DNA of 64,000 nt from Pontibacterium sp. (GTDB taxonomy: Bacteria; Pseudomonadota; Gammaproteobacteria; Pseudomonadales; Balneatricaceae). The position numbers and the translations under genes are program-made. A model generated the notes under the pieces. It was not told the DNA's origin, did no database searches, and saw only the letters and a list, made by a program, of their open reading frames with translations. Positions 1-10,454 of this stretch are shown in pieces (the stretch's first letter is position 1; every line of letters begins with the position of its first letter). The DNA is taken from the NCBI GenBank assembly GCA_049599735.1, contig JBMYOX010000007.1, forward strand, positions 7,650 to 71,649, given 5' to 3'.

Positions 1-465
1 GCCCATGAAATTGGCCATGTAGCAAACGGCGATATGGTGACCCTGTCGCTGGTGCAGGGCGTAGTAAATACCTTTGTTATGTTTTTTGCCCGTATCGCAG
101 CTTCAGTTGTGGATAATTTCCTGAGCGGAGACGATGAGGAAGAAAGCAGTGGCCAGGGTATTGGCTATTTTATTACCGTGATTGTGTTTGAAATTTTGTT
201 TGGCATTCTGGCGTCTGTTATCGTGGCCTGGTTCTCCCGTCACCGCGAATACCGCGCTGATGAAGCCGGAGCCCGCCTGTCCAGCAATCACGCCATGATT
301 GGTGCTCTGCAACGCCTGAAAGCTGAGTCTGAAATGCCCGATCAGATGCCTGACCAGATGCTGGCTTTTGGCATCAGCAGCCACCTGAAGCACGGCATTA
401 TGGGTCTGCTGGCCAGCCACCCGCCGCTGGATGACCGTATCGCAGCGTTACAGAAACTCGGCTAA
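1..465 (+). CDS. htpX: Protease HtpX (M48 zinc metalloprotease), 5'-partial
   Basis: Frame +1 is open from base 1 and reads [15 protein letters not shown] (HExxH), then [11 protein letters not shown] and [12 protein letters not shown], the HtpX C-terminal motifs. Confidence 0.92.
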   Translation, partial: AHEIGHVANGDMVTLSLVQGVVNTFVMFFARIAASVVDNFLSGDDEEESSGQGIGYFITVIVFEILFGILASVIVAWFSRHREYRADEAGARLSSNHAMIGALQRLKAESEMPDQMPDQMLAFGISSHLKHGIMGLLASHPPLDDRIAALQKLG

Positions 466-497
466 TCCACAAATGTAACAGGCTATCTGCAAACACT

Positions 498-528
498 AAA
501 AAGGGGCTTCAACTGAAGCCCCTTTTTT
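498..528. terminator. Bidirectional Rho-independent terminator
   Basis: AAAAAGGGGCTTC-aact-GAAGCCCCTTTTT between convergent htpX and helicase genes. Confidence 0.85.
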
Positions 529-557
529 ATTTAACCGTATGCCGCTGTTCACACAAT

Positions 558-1790
558 TTAACACCTGCGCCTGGCAGGTTTTTTACCTAATGCCCGATCC
601 CTGGCCCGCTTTTTCTGTGCACCAGCCGTATTTTTCCGGGACACCGGTGCCGTTTTGGTTAAATCCGGTTCATAACCGGGTAACCACTGTTGCGGCAAAC
701 GGGCATCCAGAATGGTTTCTATCTCTTCGACCAGGTAATTCTCGGCTTCACTGACCAGTGAAATAGCCAGACCTGCCCCCCCCGCCCTGCCCGTGCGACC
801 GATACGGTGGATATAATCTTCCGCGTTATAAGGCAGCTCATAGTTAATCACGTATTTCAGCTGATCAATATCCAGCCCGCGTGCTGCAACATCTGTAGCC
901 ACCAGCACCCGCGTTTTACCGTCCCTGAAAGACTCAAGTGCACGTTCCCGTGCCCCCTGGGATTTATCCCCATGAATGGACTCAGTCTTCAGGCCGTCTT
1001 TACACATTTCTTTGGCCAGCGCATCCGCACCTTGTTTAGTCCGTATAAAGATCAGCACCTGATGCCAGTTCCGGGCACCGATAAGATGAGAAACCAACTC
1101 ACGTTTACGATCGGCATCCACAGCATAAACCTGCTGTTCAACCTGCACCGCAGCAGTATTGCGGGCATCCACCTCAATCAGTTTGGGAGATTTTAGAAAG
1201 CTTTTACTTAACGTAAAAATGGCATCATCAAAGGTAGCCGAAAATAACAGTGTCTGACGATTGGCAGGCACCGGCTTCAGGATACGTTTAATTTCATCGA
1301 TAAAACCCATATCCAGCATACGGTCAGCTTCATCAAATACCAGACTTTGCACCTGACTGAGATCAACTTCACCTTTATACATCAAGTCGAGCAAACGGCC
1401 CGGCGTTGCCACCAGAATATGCACCCCGGCTCTTAACGCATCAATTTGTGTATTGATGCTCGCCCCGCCATAGACCAGTGCAGCAGACAACCCGCTCTGT
1501 TTGCCGTAAGACACAAAGCTGCTGTGAACCTGCTGCGCCAGTTCACGGGTGGGTGTTAATACCAGCGCACGAATGGCGATTTCAGCATGATTTTTCTGGC
1601 TTAACTGATGCAGAATGGGCAACGCAAACGCCGCCGTTTTGCCTGTGCCGGTTTGGGCACCTGCCATAATATCCTGACCATCCAGAATAACGGGGATAGC
1701 TTCAACCTGAATTGGCGTGGGTTGGCTATAGCCCAGTTCGGACACCACTTCGACTAAACCCTGATCAAGACCTAACGCAGCAAAACCCAT
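558..1790 (-). CDS. DEAD-box ATP-dependent RNA helicase (RhlE-like)
   Basis: Q motif, AQTGTGKT, PTRELA, TPGRL, DEAD, SAT, ARGLD, HRIGRTGRAG; short basic tail. Confidence 0.93.
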   Translation of the reverse strand: MGFAALGLDQGLVEVVSELGYSQPTPIQVEAIPVILDGQDIMAGAQTGTGKTAAFALPILHQLSQKNHAEIAIRALVLTPTRELAQQVHSSFVSYGKQSGLSAALVYGGASINTQIDALRAGVHILVATPGRLLDLMYKGEVDLSQVQSLVFDEADRMLDMGFIDEIKRILKPVPANRQTLLFSATFDDAIFTLSKSFLKSPKLIEVDARNTAAVQVEQQVYAVDADRKRELVSHLIGARNWHQVLIFIRTKQGADALAKEMCKDGLKTESIHGDKSQGARERALESFRDGKTRVLVATDVAARGLDIDQLKYVINYELPYNAEDYIHRIGRTGRAGGAGLAISLVSEAENYLVEEIETILDARLPQQWLPGYEPDLTKTAPVSRKNTAGAQKKRARDRALGKKPARRRC

Positions 1791-1872
1791 ATCAACCCAC
1801 CTGAAACTTATTTTCGCGCAGTGTAACAGCTTTACAGGCGTCTATGATTAACAAAATCCAGCGGCCGATAAA

Positions 1873-2355
1873 TCACAGCACGTCGCCTGGTCCTTCTTCC
1901 GGATCCTCAGTTTCATACAAACTTTCAGCGTCATCGTCGTAATCAAAGGCACCCAGAAACGTCAGGTACTGATCCTTTTCAACCCCGGAGATTTTCAGAC
2001 TGTATTCGTGCTCAAACAACAATACAATCCAGGTCACATCCAGCAGTTTCTTCTTTCTGGCTTTGCTCAGCAATACTTCCATATACGAGGAGGAAAAAGA
2101 GCACTCACCCGCTGCAACTTCGATGCTTAGCGTACCTTCATGGGCACCGTTGGTTTCCATATTTTCAGGCCGGAAGTAACAGAGGTTAAAATTATCTGAC
2201 CAACTATTCTTTGCCCGGGTATTGTTCTTACTGAAGCGTTCTTCAAAATATTCATCCGGGATTTCGGCATAAGGGTGCTGAGACGCCCAAACCGAAACTT
2301 TATATTTCTTTGTAAAATCATGCCCTTTGGCTGCCTTAGCAGGTACTGCTTTCAT
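1873..2355 (-). CDS. Acidic protein resembling Immunity protein 22 (Imm22) family
   Basis: VSVW..., EYFEE, SFSSSY, IVLLFEHEY, LTFLGAFDY pattern recalled for Imm22 proteins; acidic C-terminus. Not database-confirmed. Confidence 0.55.
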   Translation of the reverse strand: MKAVPAKAAKGHDFTKKYKVSVWASQHPYAEIPDEYFEERFSKNNTRAKNSWSDNFNLCYFRPENMETNGAHEGTLSIEVAAGECSFSSSYMEVLLSKARKKKLLDVTWIVLLFEHEYSLKISGVEKDQYLTFLGAFDYDDDAESLYETEDPEEGPGDVL

Positions 2356-2467
2356 TCGGTTCTCCTGTCGTGCCTGTACGTGTGATATCGGGTATTAGGG
2401 CCTGGGGCAAATTACTGCTAAAATCGCGCACAAATTTTTCAACAGGCTCAGGCCCCGGAATTGTGTC

Positions 2468-2800
2468 ATGTCTAAGTTTTTCTTCAAAGGTCGTAAAGAA
2501 GTCAGGGAAAATTACGGGAAAGCCGGTTATAACACAGACCGCACTCAAAAAGCCGGAACTGAAGATTTTCCGCTGACACTGACTGTTGCAAGCGATGAGC
2601 GTAAAGTTGAAATCGAGGCCATTCTGAAAGATCATTCATTATTTGCAACTATCGAGGTAAATGCCGACAAGCTCGAAAATATTACCGAGCTTGAGAGCTG
2701 CCTGCACAAACCAAAAACACAGGTGCTGGAAGCAACACCTGGCCGTAATGACCCTTGCGCCTGCGGCAGTGGTAAAAAGTATAAAAAATGCTGTGGTTAA
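2468..2800 (+). CDS. SEC-C motif metal-binding protein (PBPRA1643-like)
   Basis: C-terminal [22 protein letters not shown] motif; N-terminus MSKFFFKGR typical of the family. Confidence 0.85.
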   Translation: MSKFFFKGRKEVRENYGKAGYNTDRTQKAGTEDFPLTLTVASDERKVEIEAILKDHSLFATIEVNADKLENITELESCLHKPKTQVLEATPGRNDPCACGSGKKYKKCCG

Positions 2801-2889
2801 TACCCCATACTTAAATACCCGTAAGCCGCTTATCGTTATCCCTTATTAAACCTGTTCAATTGTGTTCTTCGTGCTGCTGAGGCCCTTAA

Positions 2890-4497
2890 ATGATTCGTCT
2901 GTCCAATATAAAACTTCCCCTCGACCACAACGAAGACGCATTAAAAAATGCCATTATAAAGCAGCTGGAAATCACACCCGACCAGCTGGTTAACTACGAA
3001 TTATGCCGCCGGGGTTACGATGCGCGTAAGAAAAACACCATTTTTCTTATCTACACCCTGGATATTGAAACCACAATTAATGAACAACTGCTGGAAAAAT
3101 TTGCAGATAGCCAGCTAATCAGGCCCAGGCCAGATACCGGGTACAAGTTTGTTACTCAGGCCCCGGCCGATTTGCAGGAACGCCCGGTTGTGATCGGATT
3201 TGGCCCCTGTGGTTTACTCGCCGGTCTTGTGCTGGCACAAATGGGTTACAAACCACTGATTCTGGATCGCGGCAAAGAAGTGCGCGAGCGTACCAAAGAT
3301 ACCTTTGGTTTCTGGCGTAAAAAACAGCTGAACACTGAATCTAATGTGCAGTTTGGTGAAGGCGGTGCGGGCACTTTTTCTGATGGTAAATTATCCACGC
3401 AGATTAAAGACCCCAAACAATACGGTCGCAAAGTACTCACCGAATTTGTCACTGCAGGCGCACCTGAAGAAATCATGTACGTAAGCAAACCTCATATAGG
3501 CACCTTCCGACTGGTATCTATGGTGGAAAAAATGCGCGCAGAAATTATTCGCCTGGGTGGCGAGATTCGTTTCAGCGCTCGGGTGGATGATCTGCAGATT
3601 GAAGACGGTCAGGTAACCGGACTCACCCTTGCCAGCGGAGAAACAATACAGTCAAAACACATTGCTCTGGCAATTGGTCACAGCGCCCGTGATACCTTCC
3701 AGATGTTGTTCGATAAAAAGGTTTATATCGAAGCCAAGCCTTTCTCGGTGGGCTTTCGTATCGAACATGAACAGTCGTTAATTGATCAGGCGCGTTTTGG
3801 GCGTAATGCCGGTCATCCGATACTGGGGGCGGCTGACTATAAACTGGTGCACCACTGTAAAAATGGCCGTTCTGTTTACAGTTTCTGCATGTGTCCGGGT
3901 GGAACTGTGGTGGCAGCCACCTCGGAAGAACACCGGGTTGTTACCAATGGCATGAGCCAGTATTCGCGCAAAGAACGTAACGCCAACAGTGCTATCGTGG
4001 TTGGTATTGATCCTTCTGATTACCCGGGCAACCCGCTGGCCGGTATCGATTTCCAACGCCAGCTTGAGAGCTATGCTTATAAGCTGGGCGGTGAGAATTA
4101 CGATGCCCCGGCACAGAAAGTGGGTGATTTCCTGAAAGGACAATCCTCCGAAGCGCTGGGCTCAGTATCTCCTTCCTTTAAGCCGGGCATTAAGCTGACC
4201 GACCTATCCCAGGCATTACCTGACTTTTGCATCGAAGCGATCCGTGAAGCCATTCCTGCGTTTAACCGAAAAATCAAAGGCTTTGCATTGGAAGATGCCC
4301 TGCTAACCGGTGTGGAAACCCGCACCTCCTCGCCTGTTAATATTAAACGAGGGCAGGATTTCCAGAGCATCAACACCCGAGGTCTGTACCCTGCAGGTGA
4401 GGGAGCCGGTTACGCTGGTGGCATTATGTCAGCGGCCATTGATGGCATTAAAATCGCCGAGGCGATGGCCTTAAGCATTAACGAACACGCTGGTTAA
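2890..4497 (+). CDS. NAD(P)/FAD-dependent oxidoreductase (COG2509-like)
   Basis: VVIGFGPCG Rossmann motif, QFGEGGAGTFSDGKL, FCMCPGG, GVETRTSSP, GEGAGYAGGIMSAA. Confidence 0.85.
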   Translation: MIRLSNIKLPLDHNEDALKNAIIKQLEITPDQLVNYELCRRGYDARKKNTIFLIYTLDIETTINEQLLEKFADSQLIRPRPDTGYKFVTQAPADLQERPVVIGFGPCGLLAGLVLAQMGYKPLILDRGKEVRERTKDTFGFWRKKQLNTESNVQFGEGGAGTFSDGKLSTQIKDPKQYGRKVLTEFVTAGAPEEIMYVSKPHIGTFRLVSMVEKMRAEIIRLGGEIRFSARVDDLQIEDGQVTGLTLASGETIQSKHIALAIGHSARDTFQMLFDKKVYIEAKPFSVGFRIEHEQSLIDQARFGRNAGHPILGAADYKLVHHCKNGRSVYSFCMCPGGTVVAATSEEHRVVTNGMSQYSRKERNANSAIVVGIDPSDYPGNPLAGIDFQRQLESYAYKLGGENYDAPAQKVGDFLKGQSSEALGSVSPSFKPGIKLTDLSQALPDFCIEAIREAIPAFNRKIKGFALEDALLTGVETRTSSPVNIKRGQDFQSINTRGLYPAGEGAGYAGGIMSAAIDGIKIAEAMALSINEHAG

Positions 4498-4555
4498 AAT
4501 TCATCTATAATATGCGCCCCTTTTTTGGCTGTGGCATTGTTCACGAGGATAGAGC

Positions 4556-5827
4556 ATGAAATTTTCATCATTAGACCTGGCACCCGAGATTCAGCAAGCC
4601 CTGGATGCCTGTGGCTACAGCCAGATGACACCGGTTCAGCAGCAAGCCATTGTGCCTGCACGCCGTGGTAAAGATCTGCTGGCCAACGCCCAAACCGGTA
4701 CGGGTAAAACCGCTGCGTTCAGTGTGCCAATTTTGCAGCAAATGTGTGACCGTCCGGCCCCTGCACAACCGGGTAATGCCCGTGCACTGATTCTGACACC
4801 TACCCGTGAACTGGCGGAACAGCTGGCGGAAACCATTAAAGCTTACGCGCAGTTTTTGCCTTTAAAAGTGGTTGCTCTTTATGGCGGTGTTAACATGGAC
4901 GCCCAGCAGAAAAAGCTCAAAGCCGGTGTTGATATCCTGATATCCACCCCCGGACGCCTGTTGGAGCATGTGGTGCAATGTAATGTCAGCCTGTCCAAAG
5001 TAGAGTTTGTCGTACTCGATGAAGCCGACCGTATGCTGGATATGGGTTTTATTGCGGATGTTCAGGCACTGCTGAAGCAAGTGCCTGATAAACGTCAGAC
5101 CCTGCTGTTTTCTGCAACCGTGACACCTAACGTTAACGACCTGGCCCGCCATATTCTGACCCGCCACGACACTATCCGTGTTTCTAAACAAAACGCGATC
5201 GCAGATACCGTTGAGCACGTTGTCTACCCGGTGGAAGAGCGTCGCAAACCCGAACTCTTTGCCGATTTGATCAAAGCACAAAACTGGTTTCAGGTGTTGG
5301 TTTTTACCAGCACCAAAGCCCAGGCTGACGAGCTGGTTAAAGAACTAAAATTCGATAAAATCCAGGCCGCACTTTGTCACGGCGATAAAAGCCAGGGTTC
5401 ACGCCGTCGTGCACTGGCTGATTTTAAAGCCGGTAAGGTGCAGGTATTAATTGCAACCGAAGTGGCTGCACGCGGTCTGGATATTCAGGGGCTGGAGTAC
5501 GTGGTTAACTACAACCTGCCTTACCTGGCAGAAGACTATGTTCACCGTGTGGGTCGCACCGGTCGGGCGGGCGCTTTGGGTCATGCCATTTCTTTTGTCA
5601 GCCGTGAAGAAGAGCGTGCACTGGATGATATCGAACGTCTGATCGGCAACCGTATCAAGCGTGTTTATGCACCCGGTTACGAAGTTGGCAGCCGTGATAA
5701 TTTACGTAAAAACCTGGCACAAAAAGCCCACGCACCCCGCTCAAACAAAGCCAGCCGGACAAAAATCATCCGCGATAAAGTCACCAGTGCTAAAGCGACT
5801 AAGGGCAAAAGCAGCCGGAAGAAATAA
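4556..5827 (+). CDS. DEAD-box ATP-dependent RNA helicase (RhlE-like paralog)
   Basis: AQTGTGKT, PTRELA, TPGRL, DEAD, SAT, ARGLD, HRVGRTGRAG; basic tail. Confidence 0.93.
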   Translation: MKFSSLDLAPEIQQALDACGYSQMTPVQQQAIVPARRGKDLLANAQTGTGKTAAFSVPILQQMCDRPAPAQPGNARALILTPTRELAEQLAETIKAYAQFLPLKVVALYGGVNMDAQQKKLKAGVDILISTPGRLLEHVVQCNVSLSKVEFVVLDEADRMLDMGFIADVQALLKQVPDKRQTLLFSATVTPNVNDLARHILTRHDTIRVSKQNAIADTVEHVVYPVEERRKPELFADLIKAQNWFQVLVFTSTKAQADELVKELKFDKIQAALCHGDKSQGSRRRALADFKAGKVQVLIATEVAARGLDIQGLEYVVNYNLPYLAEDYVHRVGRTGRAGALGHAISFVSREEERALDDIERLIGNRIKRVYAPGYEVGSRDNLRKNLAQKAHAPRSNKASRTKIIRDKVTSAKATKGKSSRKK

Positions 5828-5836
5828 GACCGCAGC

Positions 5837-5888
5837 GGCAGGGGTTTTGATTAAAAATCATCATATTTAAGAACCCCTGCCTCTTTTC
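5837..5888 (+). terminator. Probable terminator hairpin
   Basis: GGCAGGGGTT (5837-5846) pairs with AACCCCTGCC (5872-5881), followed by TCTTTTC. Confidence 0.55.
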
Positions 5889-5971
5889 TATCACTGAAAT
5901 ATCGTTGCATCCAGAGCCGTAATCACCGAGCATAGGGCCGTTTACTCACCCAAATGGACGGACTATCTGAT

Positions 5972-7612
5972 ATGGCAATTCACCCTGGCGCAGGCAAACC
6001 AGCTTCACCGCACTCACTCGTTAATCTTCCAGCACTGATGGCCGCTTACTATCGCCAGCAGCCGGATACTCAGGCAAGTCCTGCCCAGAAAGTCAGCTTT
6101 GGCACATCAGGCCATCGCGGTTCGGCCTTAAATACAACCTTTAACGAACACCATATCATCGCAATCTGCCAGGCCATTGCAGAACAGCGCACCGCTGCGG
6201 GCATCACCGGGCCTTTGTATTTAGGCAAAGATACCCATGCATTATCTGAAAGTGCCTTTCACACCGCGCTGGAAGTGCTGGTTGCAAACGGTATCCGCGT
6301 TCGGGTACAAGACGGCGGCGGTTATACCCCCACACCCGTTATTTCCCATGCCATTCTGACTCATAATAACCGTGAAGCAGACACCGCTGACGGTATTGTG
6401 ATTACCCCTTCACACAATCCCTCGGAAGATGGCGGCATTAAATACAACCCCGCCAAAGGAGGCCCTGCTGATCAGGACATCACTCACCAGATCGCAAAAC
6501 GTGCCAACGAGTTGCTGGCCAATCAACTGGCGGGCGTACAACGTCTGAGTGCCGCTGACCTGAACAATCACAACCTGATTGAGCCTTTTGATTACATCAG
6601 CCATTATGTGAATGACCTGGATGCAGTTATCGATATGGCCGCAATTAAAAAAGCCGGTATTCGTATCGGTGTGGATCCTATGGGCGGCTCTGGTCTGCAT
6701 TTCTGGCAACCCATCGCTGACAAATACGGCCTGAATATCAGTGTGGTTAACCAGACCCTTGATGCCACCTTCCGCTTTATGCCGCTGGATAAAGACGGCC
6801 GGATTCGTATGGACTGCTCCTCCCCTTATGCCATGCAGAATCTGATTACCTTAAAAGACCAGTTTGATATCGCCGTGGGTAATGACCCGGATTATGACCG
6901 TCACGGCATCGTCTGTGCTTCATCCGGCCTGATGAATCCCAATGCCTACCTGGCTGTTGCCATTGAATACCTGGCCACACACCGTCCACAATGGTCAGAT
7001 CAGATTCAGTTTGGTAAAACCCTGGTGTCCAGCGCCATGATAGACCGTGTGGTTAAAGGGCTGGATAAAAAACTCTGTGAAGTGCCGGTCGGCTTTAAAT
7101 GGTACGTAGAAGGTCTGTTTAGCGGTGAAATGGCCTTTGGTGGCGAAGAAAGTGCCGGTGCCTCATTCTTAAGAAAAGACGGTACGGTCTGGACAACAGA
7201 TAAAGACGGCATCACCCTCGCCCTGCTGGCAGCGGAAATTCTGGCAGTCACTGGCAAAGACCCACAGCAGCTTTACAATGAACAAGTAGCCCGTTACGGA
7301 CAGCCTTATTACAAACGTCTGGATGTGCCTTGCAGCGCCGCACAAAAAAGTCTGCTGTCCTCCCTGAGCGCCGCATCCGTTACCGGTGACACACTGGCCG
7401 GAGATGCTATTACCGGCATACTGACTCACGCCCCCGGTAACGGAGCCGCAATTGGCGGCTTAAAGGTAGAAACAGAAAATGGCTGGTTTGCTGCCCGCCC
7501 GTCCGGCACAGAAAATGTGTACAAGATTTATCTGGAGAGTTTTGTATCAGAAGCACATCTCGCTCAACTGGAAGCGGATGCAAAAGCCCTGGTCGATAAA
7601 GTGCTGCTTTAA
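5972..7612 (+). CDS. pgm: Phosphoglucomutase (alpha-D-glucose-1,6-bisphosphate-dependent)
   Basis: [14 protein letters not shown] phosphoserine motif, [24 protein letters not shown]; start taken at MAIHPGAGK. Confidence 0.95.
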   Translation: MAIHPGAGKPASPHSLVNLPALMAAYYRQQPDTQASPAQKVSFGTSGHRGSALNTTFNEHHIIAICQAIAEQRTAAGITGPLYLGKDTHALSESAFHTALEVLVANGIRVRVQDGGGYTPTPVISHAILTHNNREADTADGIVITPSHNPSEDGGIKYNPAKGGPADQDITHQIAKRANELLANQLAGVQRLSAADLNNHNLIEPFDYISHYVNDLDAVIDMAAIKKAGIRIGVDPMGGSGLHFWQPIADKYGLNISVVNQTLDATFRFMPLDKDGRIRMDCSSPYAMQNLITLKDQFDIAVGNDPDYDRHGIVCASSGLMNPNAYLAVAIEYLATHRPQWSDQIQFGKTLVSSAMIDRVVKGLDKKLCEVPVGFKWYVEGLFSGEMAFGGEESAGASFLRKDGTVWTTDKDGITLALLAAEILAVTGKDPQQLYNEQVARYGQPYYKRLDVPCSAAQKSLLSSLSAASVTGDTLAGDAITGILTHAPGNGAAIGGLKVETENGWFAARPSGTENVYKIYLESFVSEAHLAQLEADAKALVDKVLL

Positions 7613-7638
7613 AGCTCTAAGCCCTGAACGCTGGCAAC

Positions 7639-7672
7639 AAAAAAGGCTGATAATCACTTATCAGCCTTTTTT
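7639..7672. terminator. Bidirectional Rho-independent terminator
   Basis: AAAAAAGGCTGATAA-tcac-TTATCAGCCTTTTTT perfect 15-bp inverted repeat between convergent genes. Confidence 0.88.
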
Positions 7673-7706
7673 ATTTAAAGACCGGGGCTTATTAAAACCC
7701 TACTGT

Positions 7707-9008
7707 TTACTGGCTTAGCTCATCCATCAATGCCTGATTTTTTACCCTGACACTGCTGTTCTCGTACTCAACAAGGTTGTCATAGATAAAGGCTTTTTCC
7801 AGCGTGCTCAGCTCTATATTAAGCATTTTAAGGGCTTTATAACCTTTGATTGTTTTTGTGTATATCCAGGCACGGTTCCCAAGCAGATCTGTCTGCTGAA
7901 AATCTCCGCCCATTGTTTTATAAGCCTCCATAATCACCCGGAATTGTTTTAAAGAACCTTTGGATTGGTTCAGGTCAATGACTAATTTTGAAAGCGTATT
8001 GCGGGATACATAACCACTTTGTAACCAGTCCCGGCGATGCATAGTGCCGCCATCAATCAGATCCAGCAGGTAGTTAGCCGCATAACCCGGCACAAAGATA
8101 TAACTCAGGCCACCGTAATTGGCATTGATATTAAAATCATGCAGCTCAAAACTCTCCTGAACAGACTGCACAATCGCCTGCTTATTCTCGTAGAGATAAA
8201 AATCATCGGCAAAAAACCGAAATTTTTCGAGCCTTTCGTTTGAATACGTTTGAAAAGCCAGATGCCCTCCCGCCAAAGCGATGATACAAACCAGGGAAAG
8301 TATAGCGAGCTTAACACTCGAAAAGGCCCAACTGATAACCCGGCGAAAAGGTGCAATGCAGATAAAGTAAACAAATCGGTACGGCATAGACGCTGCCAGC
8401 ACCCACTTATTACTAACAGCGTTGATTAGCTTTTCTGTGGCCAGTTCATTAGCACAGAAAAAGGCACCAAAGACTAACGGGTAGCCAATAATCACAGGCC
8501 AGAGAACTTCATAAACCTCAAAGATCCTGTTGATGAAATTGTCATCATGGATATTATTAATGAAGTAAAAACCTAAAGCATCGGCAAACAGTTCCAACTC
8601 ACCCGTCAGAATAATGTATTCAGTCACAGCCGTGAGAAGACCACCGCCTAACAACCAAAAAAACAGCTTTGTCGTTGTGGAGGCCTGGAGTCCGGCGATA
8701 CTTTTAAAGCCTGTTTTGTTTAAAACTGAATTTTCAAGGGCCGTAAAATTGTTATCTTCTGCATGCAGATCCCTAAACTGCTTCACCGTTTTACGCACCT
8801 GAAACATACGCCATAACAGGAACAGATAAGCCGCAACGGGGAAAACCGCCATTAAGATAACCGCAACCAATACAACAACGATCAGCGGCCCCATCGCTCC
8901 CCCGGCCACCTTTGCGGGATCGATTTGTCCTTTCGCAGTATATTGATTAGTGATTTGTCCGCTATTATTTCTAACGGTTACATTATGATCAGAAGTAAAT
9001 CGCCCCAT
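7707..9008 (-). CDS. Hypothetical multi-pass membrane protein (orphan-like, AT-rich)
   Basis: 433-codon ORF with several hydrophobic segments and a soluble C-terminal part; visibly more AT-rich than flanks; no family recognised. Confidence 0.7.
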   Translation of the reverse strand: MGRFTSDHNVTVRNNSGQITNQYTAKGQIDPAKVAGGAMGPLIVVVLVAVILMAVFPVAAYLFLLWRMFQVRKTVKQFRDLHAEDNNFTALENSVLNKTGFKSIAGLQASTTTKLFFWLLGGGLLTAVTEYIILTGELELFADALGFYFINNIHDDNFINRIFEVYEVLWPVIIGYPLVFGAFFCANELATEKLINAVSNKWVLAASMPYRFVYFICIAPFRRVISWAFSSVKLAILSLVCIIALAGGHLAFQTYSNERLEKFRFFADDFYLYENKQAIVQSVQESFELHDFNINANYGGLSYIFVPGYAANYLLDLIDGGTMHRRDWLQSGYVSRNTLSKLVIDLNQSKGSLKQFRVIMEAYKTMGGDFQQTDLLGNRAWIYTKTIKGYKALKMLNIELSTLEKAFIYDNLVEYENSSVRVKNQALMDELSQ

Positions 9009-9330
9009 GTTACACTTATCCTTGTATCTTACTGATAATGGGTTAATTTTAACTTAAATTTTGTTTGAAAAAATAAAAAACCAGACCAGTTTAATCCTAA
9101 AAAACGATAATTTGATAAGGCGCAGGACAAACCGGGCTGGCATAGAAATTGGTTAGGTTTTCGAACCTGAGATCTCAGGCACTGAGTTTGGCAGTTAAGC
9201 TACGCGGGTAAAAATGCTTTTCATCAGGCGTGTGGCTCTGCATCCCTCCAGCACCTCATATAGAAAATAATCAAATACCGGCAGATTTGTCCTCTGCGCT
9301 ACAGATCATCCCTGTAGCTTAACGGTCAGA

Positions 9331-10443
9331 TCAGAGATCTGCCACACGATAGAGTACCGAATCATGGTAGCCGGTAATGACAGGTATCACACCGGATAAT
9401 AGCTGGTTAGTGACACTGTCGCCGCTGTCTACAATCAGTGGCCGTCCGTCTAAAGCCTGCAGTTTGCTCTTAGTGGCAATTACCATGATATTGCCTTTAC
9501 CCAGACGCTGAAGCAGTTCGGGGCTCAGTTGCTGATTGCCCCGCCCGATAATATGACCCTGGCCGCCGATCACGGTAATCACCAGGCGTGTCTCATGACC
9601 TTCGGTTAACGCCAGCAACTGAGCCGCTGTGCAATCTGAAGCCACCAGCTCGCCGTTTTCAATCAGGTCAACCCCCAAGAGGGTATTCTTTAACCCCAGT
9701 TCATCCATCACCGCCTGTACGGTGGTGCCGGAGCCCATAATGTAACGCACGCCGTCTTCCATTCGTTCGACTAAATCAGCGGCAATATCATCCAGTACCA
9801 GCTCTTCACTTTCTTTCGCGCCGTTCTTTACATGTTGCAGATAGCGATGCTCCTGGGGCACTTGCAACTCGCCATAGTATTTAGCCCTTACCACTCCCGA
9901 ACGAAAAGCATCTTCGTCAATATCCCGCACTTCCTGATCACCCAGTGTGACCAGTTCCCCCCTGACCAGCATGGCAACAATTTCACCCGCGGCTTTTGGG
10001 GTTACGGCATAAACACCGGAATGTATTTTCACCCCTGCCGGAATACCCAGCACAGGAAAACCGTCATCCAGTGCGTTACAAATATTGCGGGCGGTGCCAT
10101 CTCCTCCGGCAAACAAAATCAGGTCAACCCCTTGCGACACCAGCAAGCGCGCAGCCGCCTCGGTATCTTCTGCCGTGGTAACACCCGGGCTGATCGCACC
10201 GACTACAACAGGCTCAAAACCTGCTTCACGTGCTACGTTTTCACCCATTTCACCGGGATAAGTGATCAGCTTAAGATCAAGCCCTGTTAGGACCTCAAGT
10301 GCCTGAAGCGTACGCAGGTTTGCTTTGGGCTGAGCACCCAGTGCCAGGGCTTTTTGGGCCGTATCAGCACCGTCACTGCCTTTTAAAGCCACACTGCCAC
10401 CTACACCGGCCAGCGGATTAACAATTAAACCCAGTTTAAACAA
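9331..10443 (-). CDS. ATP-NAD kinase family protein (AcoX-like)
   Basis: GLIVNPLAGVGG, FAGGDGTARNI, GIPAGVKIHSGVYA, GHIIGRGNQQLS. Confidence 0.85.
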   Translation of the reverse strand: MFKLGLIVNPLAGVGGSVALKGSDGADTAQKALALGAQPKANLRTLQALEVLTGLDLKLITYPGEMGENVAREAGFEPVVVGAISPGVTTAEDTEAAARLLVSQGVDLILFAGGDGTARNICNALDDGFPVLGIPAGVKIHSGVYAVTPKAAGEIVAMLVRGELVTLGDQEVRDIDEDAFRSGVVRAKYYGELQVPQEHRYLQHVKNGAKESEELVLDDIAADLVERMEDGVRYIMGSGTTVQAVMDELGLKNTLLGVDLIENGELVASDCTAAQLLALTEGHETRLVITVIGGQGHIIGRGNQQLSPELLQRLGKGNIMVIATKSKLQALDGRPLIVDSGDSVTNQLLSGVIPVITGYHDSVLYRVADL

Positions 10444-10454
10444 GCTGTTTTCCT

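Noticed and set aside
9125-9190. TPP-riboswitch-like words (CTGAGA, ATGCCAGC) on the minus strand; also considered 6S RNA and lysine riboswitch
   Set aside because: ACCUGAU, UAAU and GGGA of TPP, the CCUUGAAC..GUUCAAGG of 6S, and the lysine-aptamer core are all missing.
9194-9323. Integron attC site
   Set aside because: The GTTRRRY and RYYYAAC boxes are in the reverse order for attC, and there is no integrase or cassette array.
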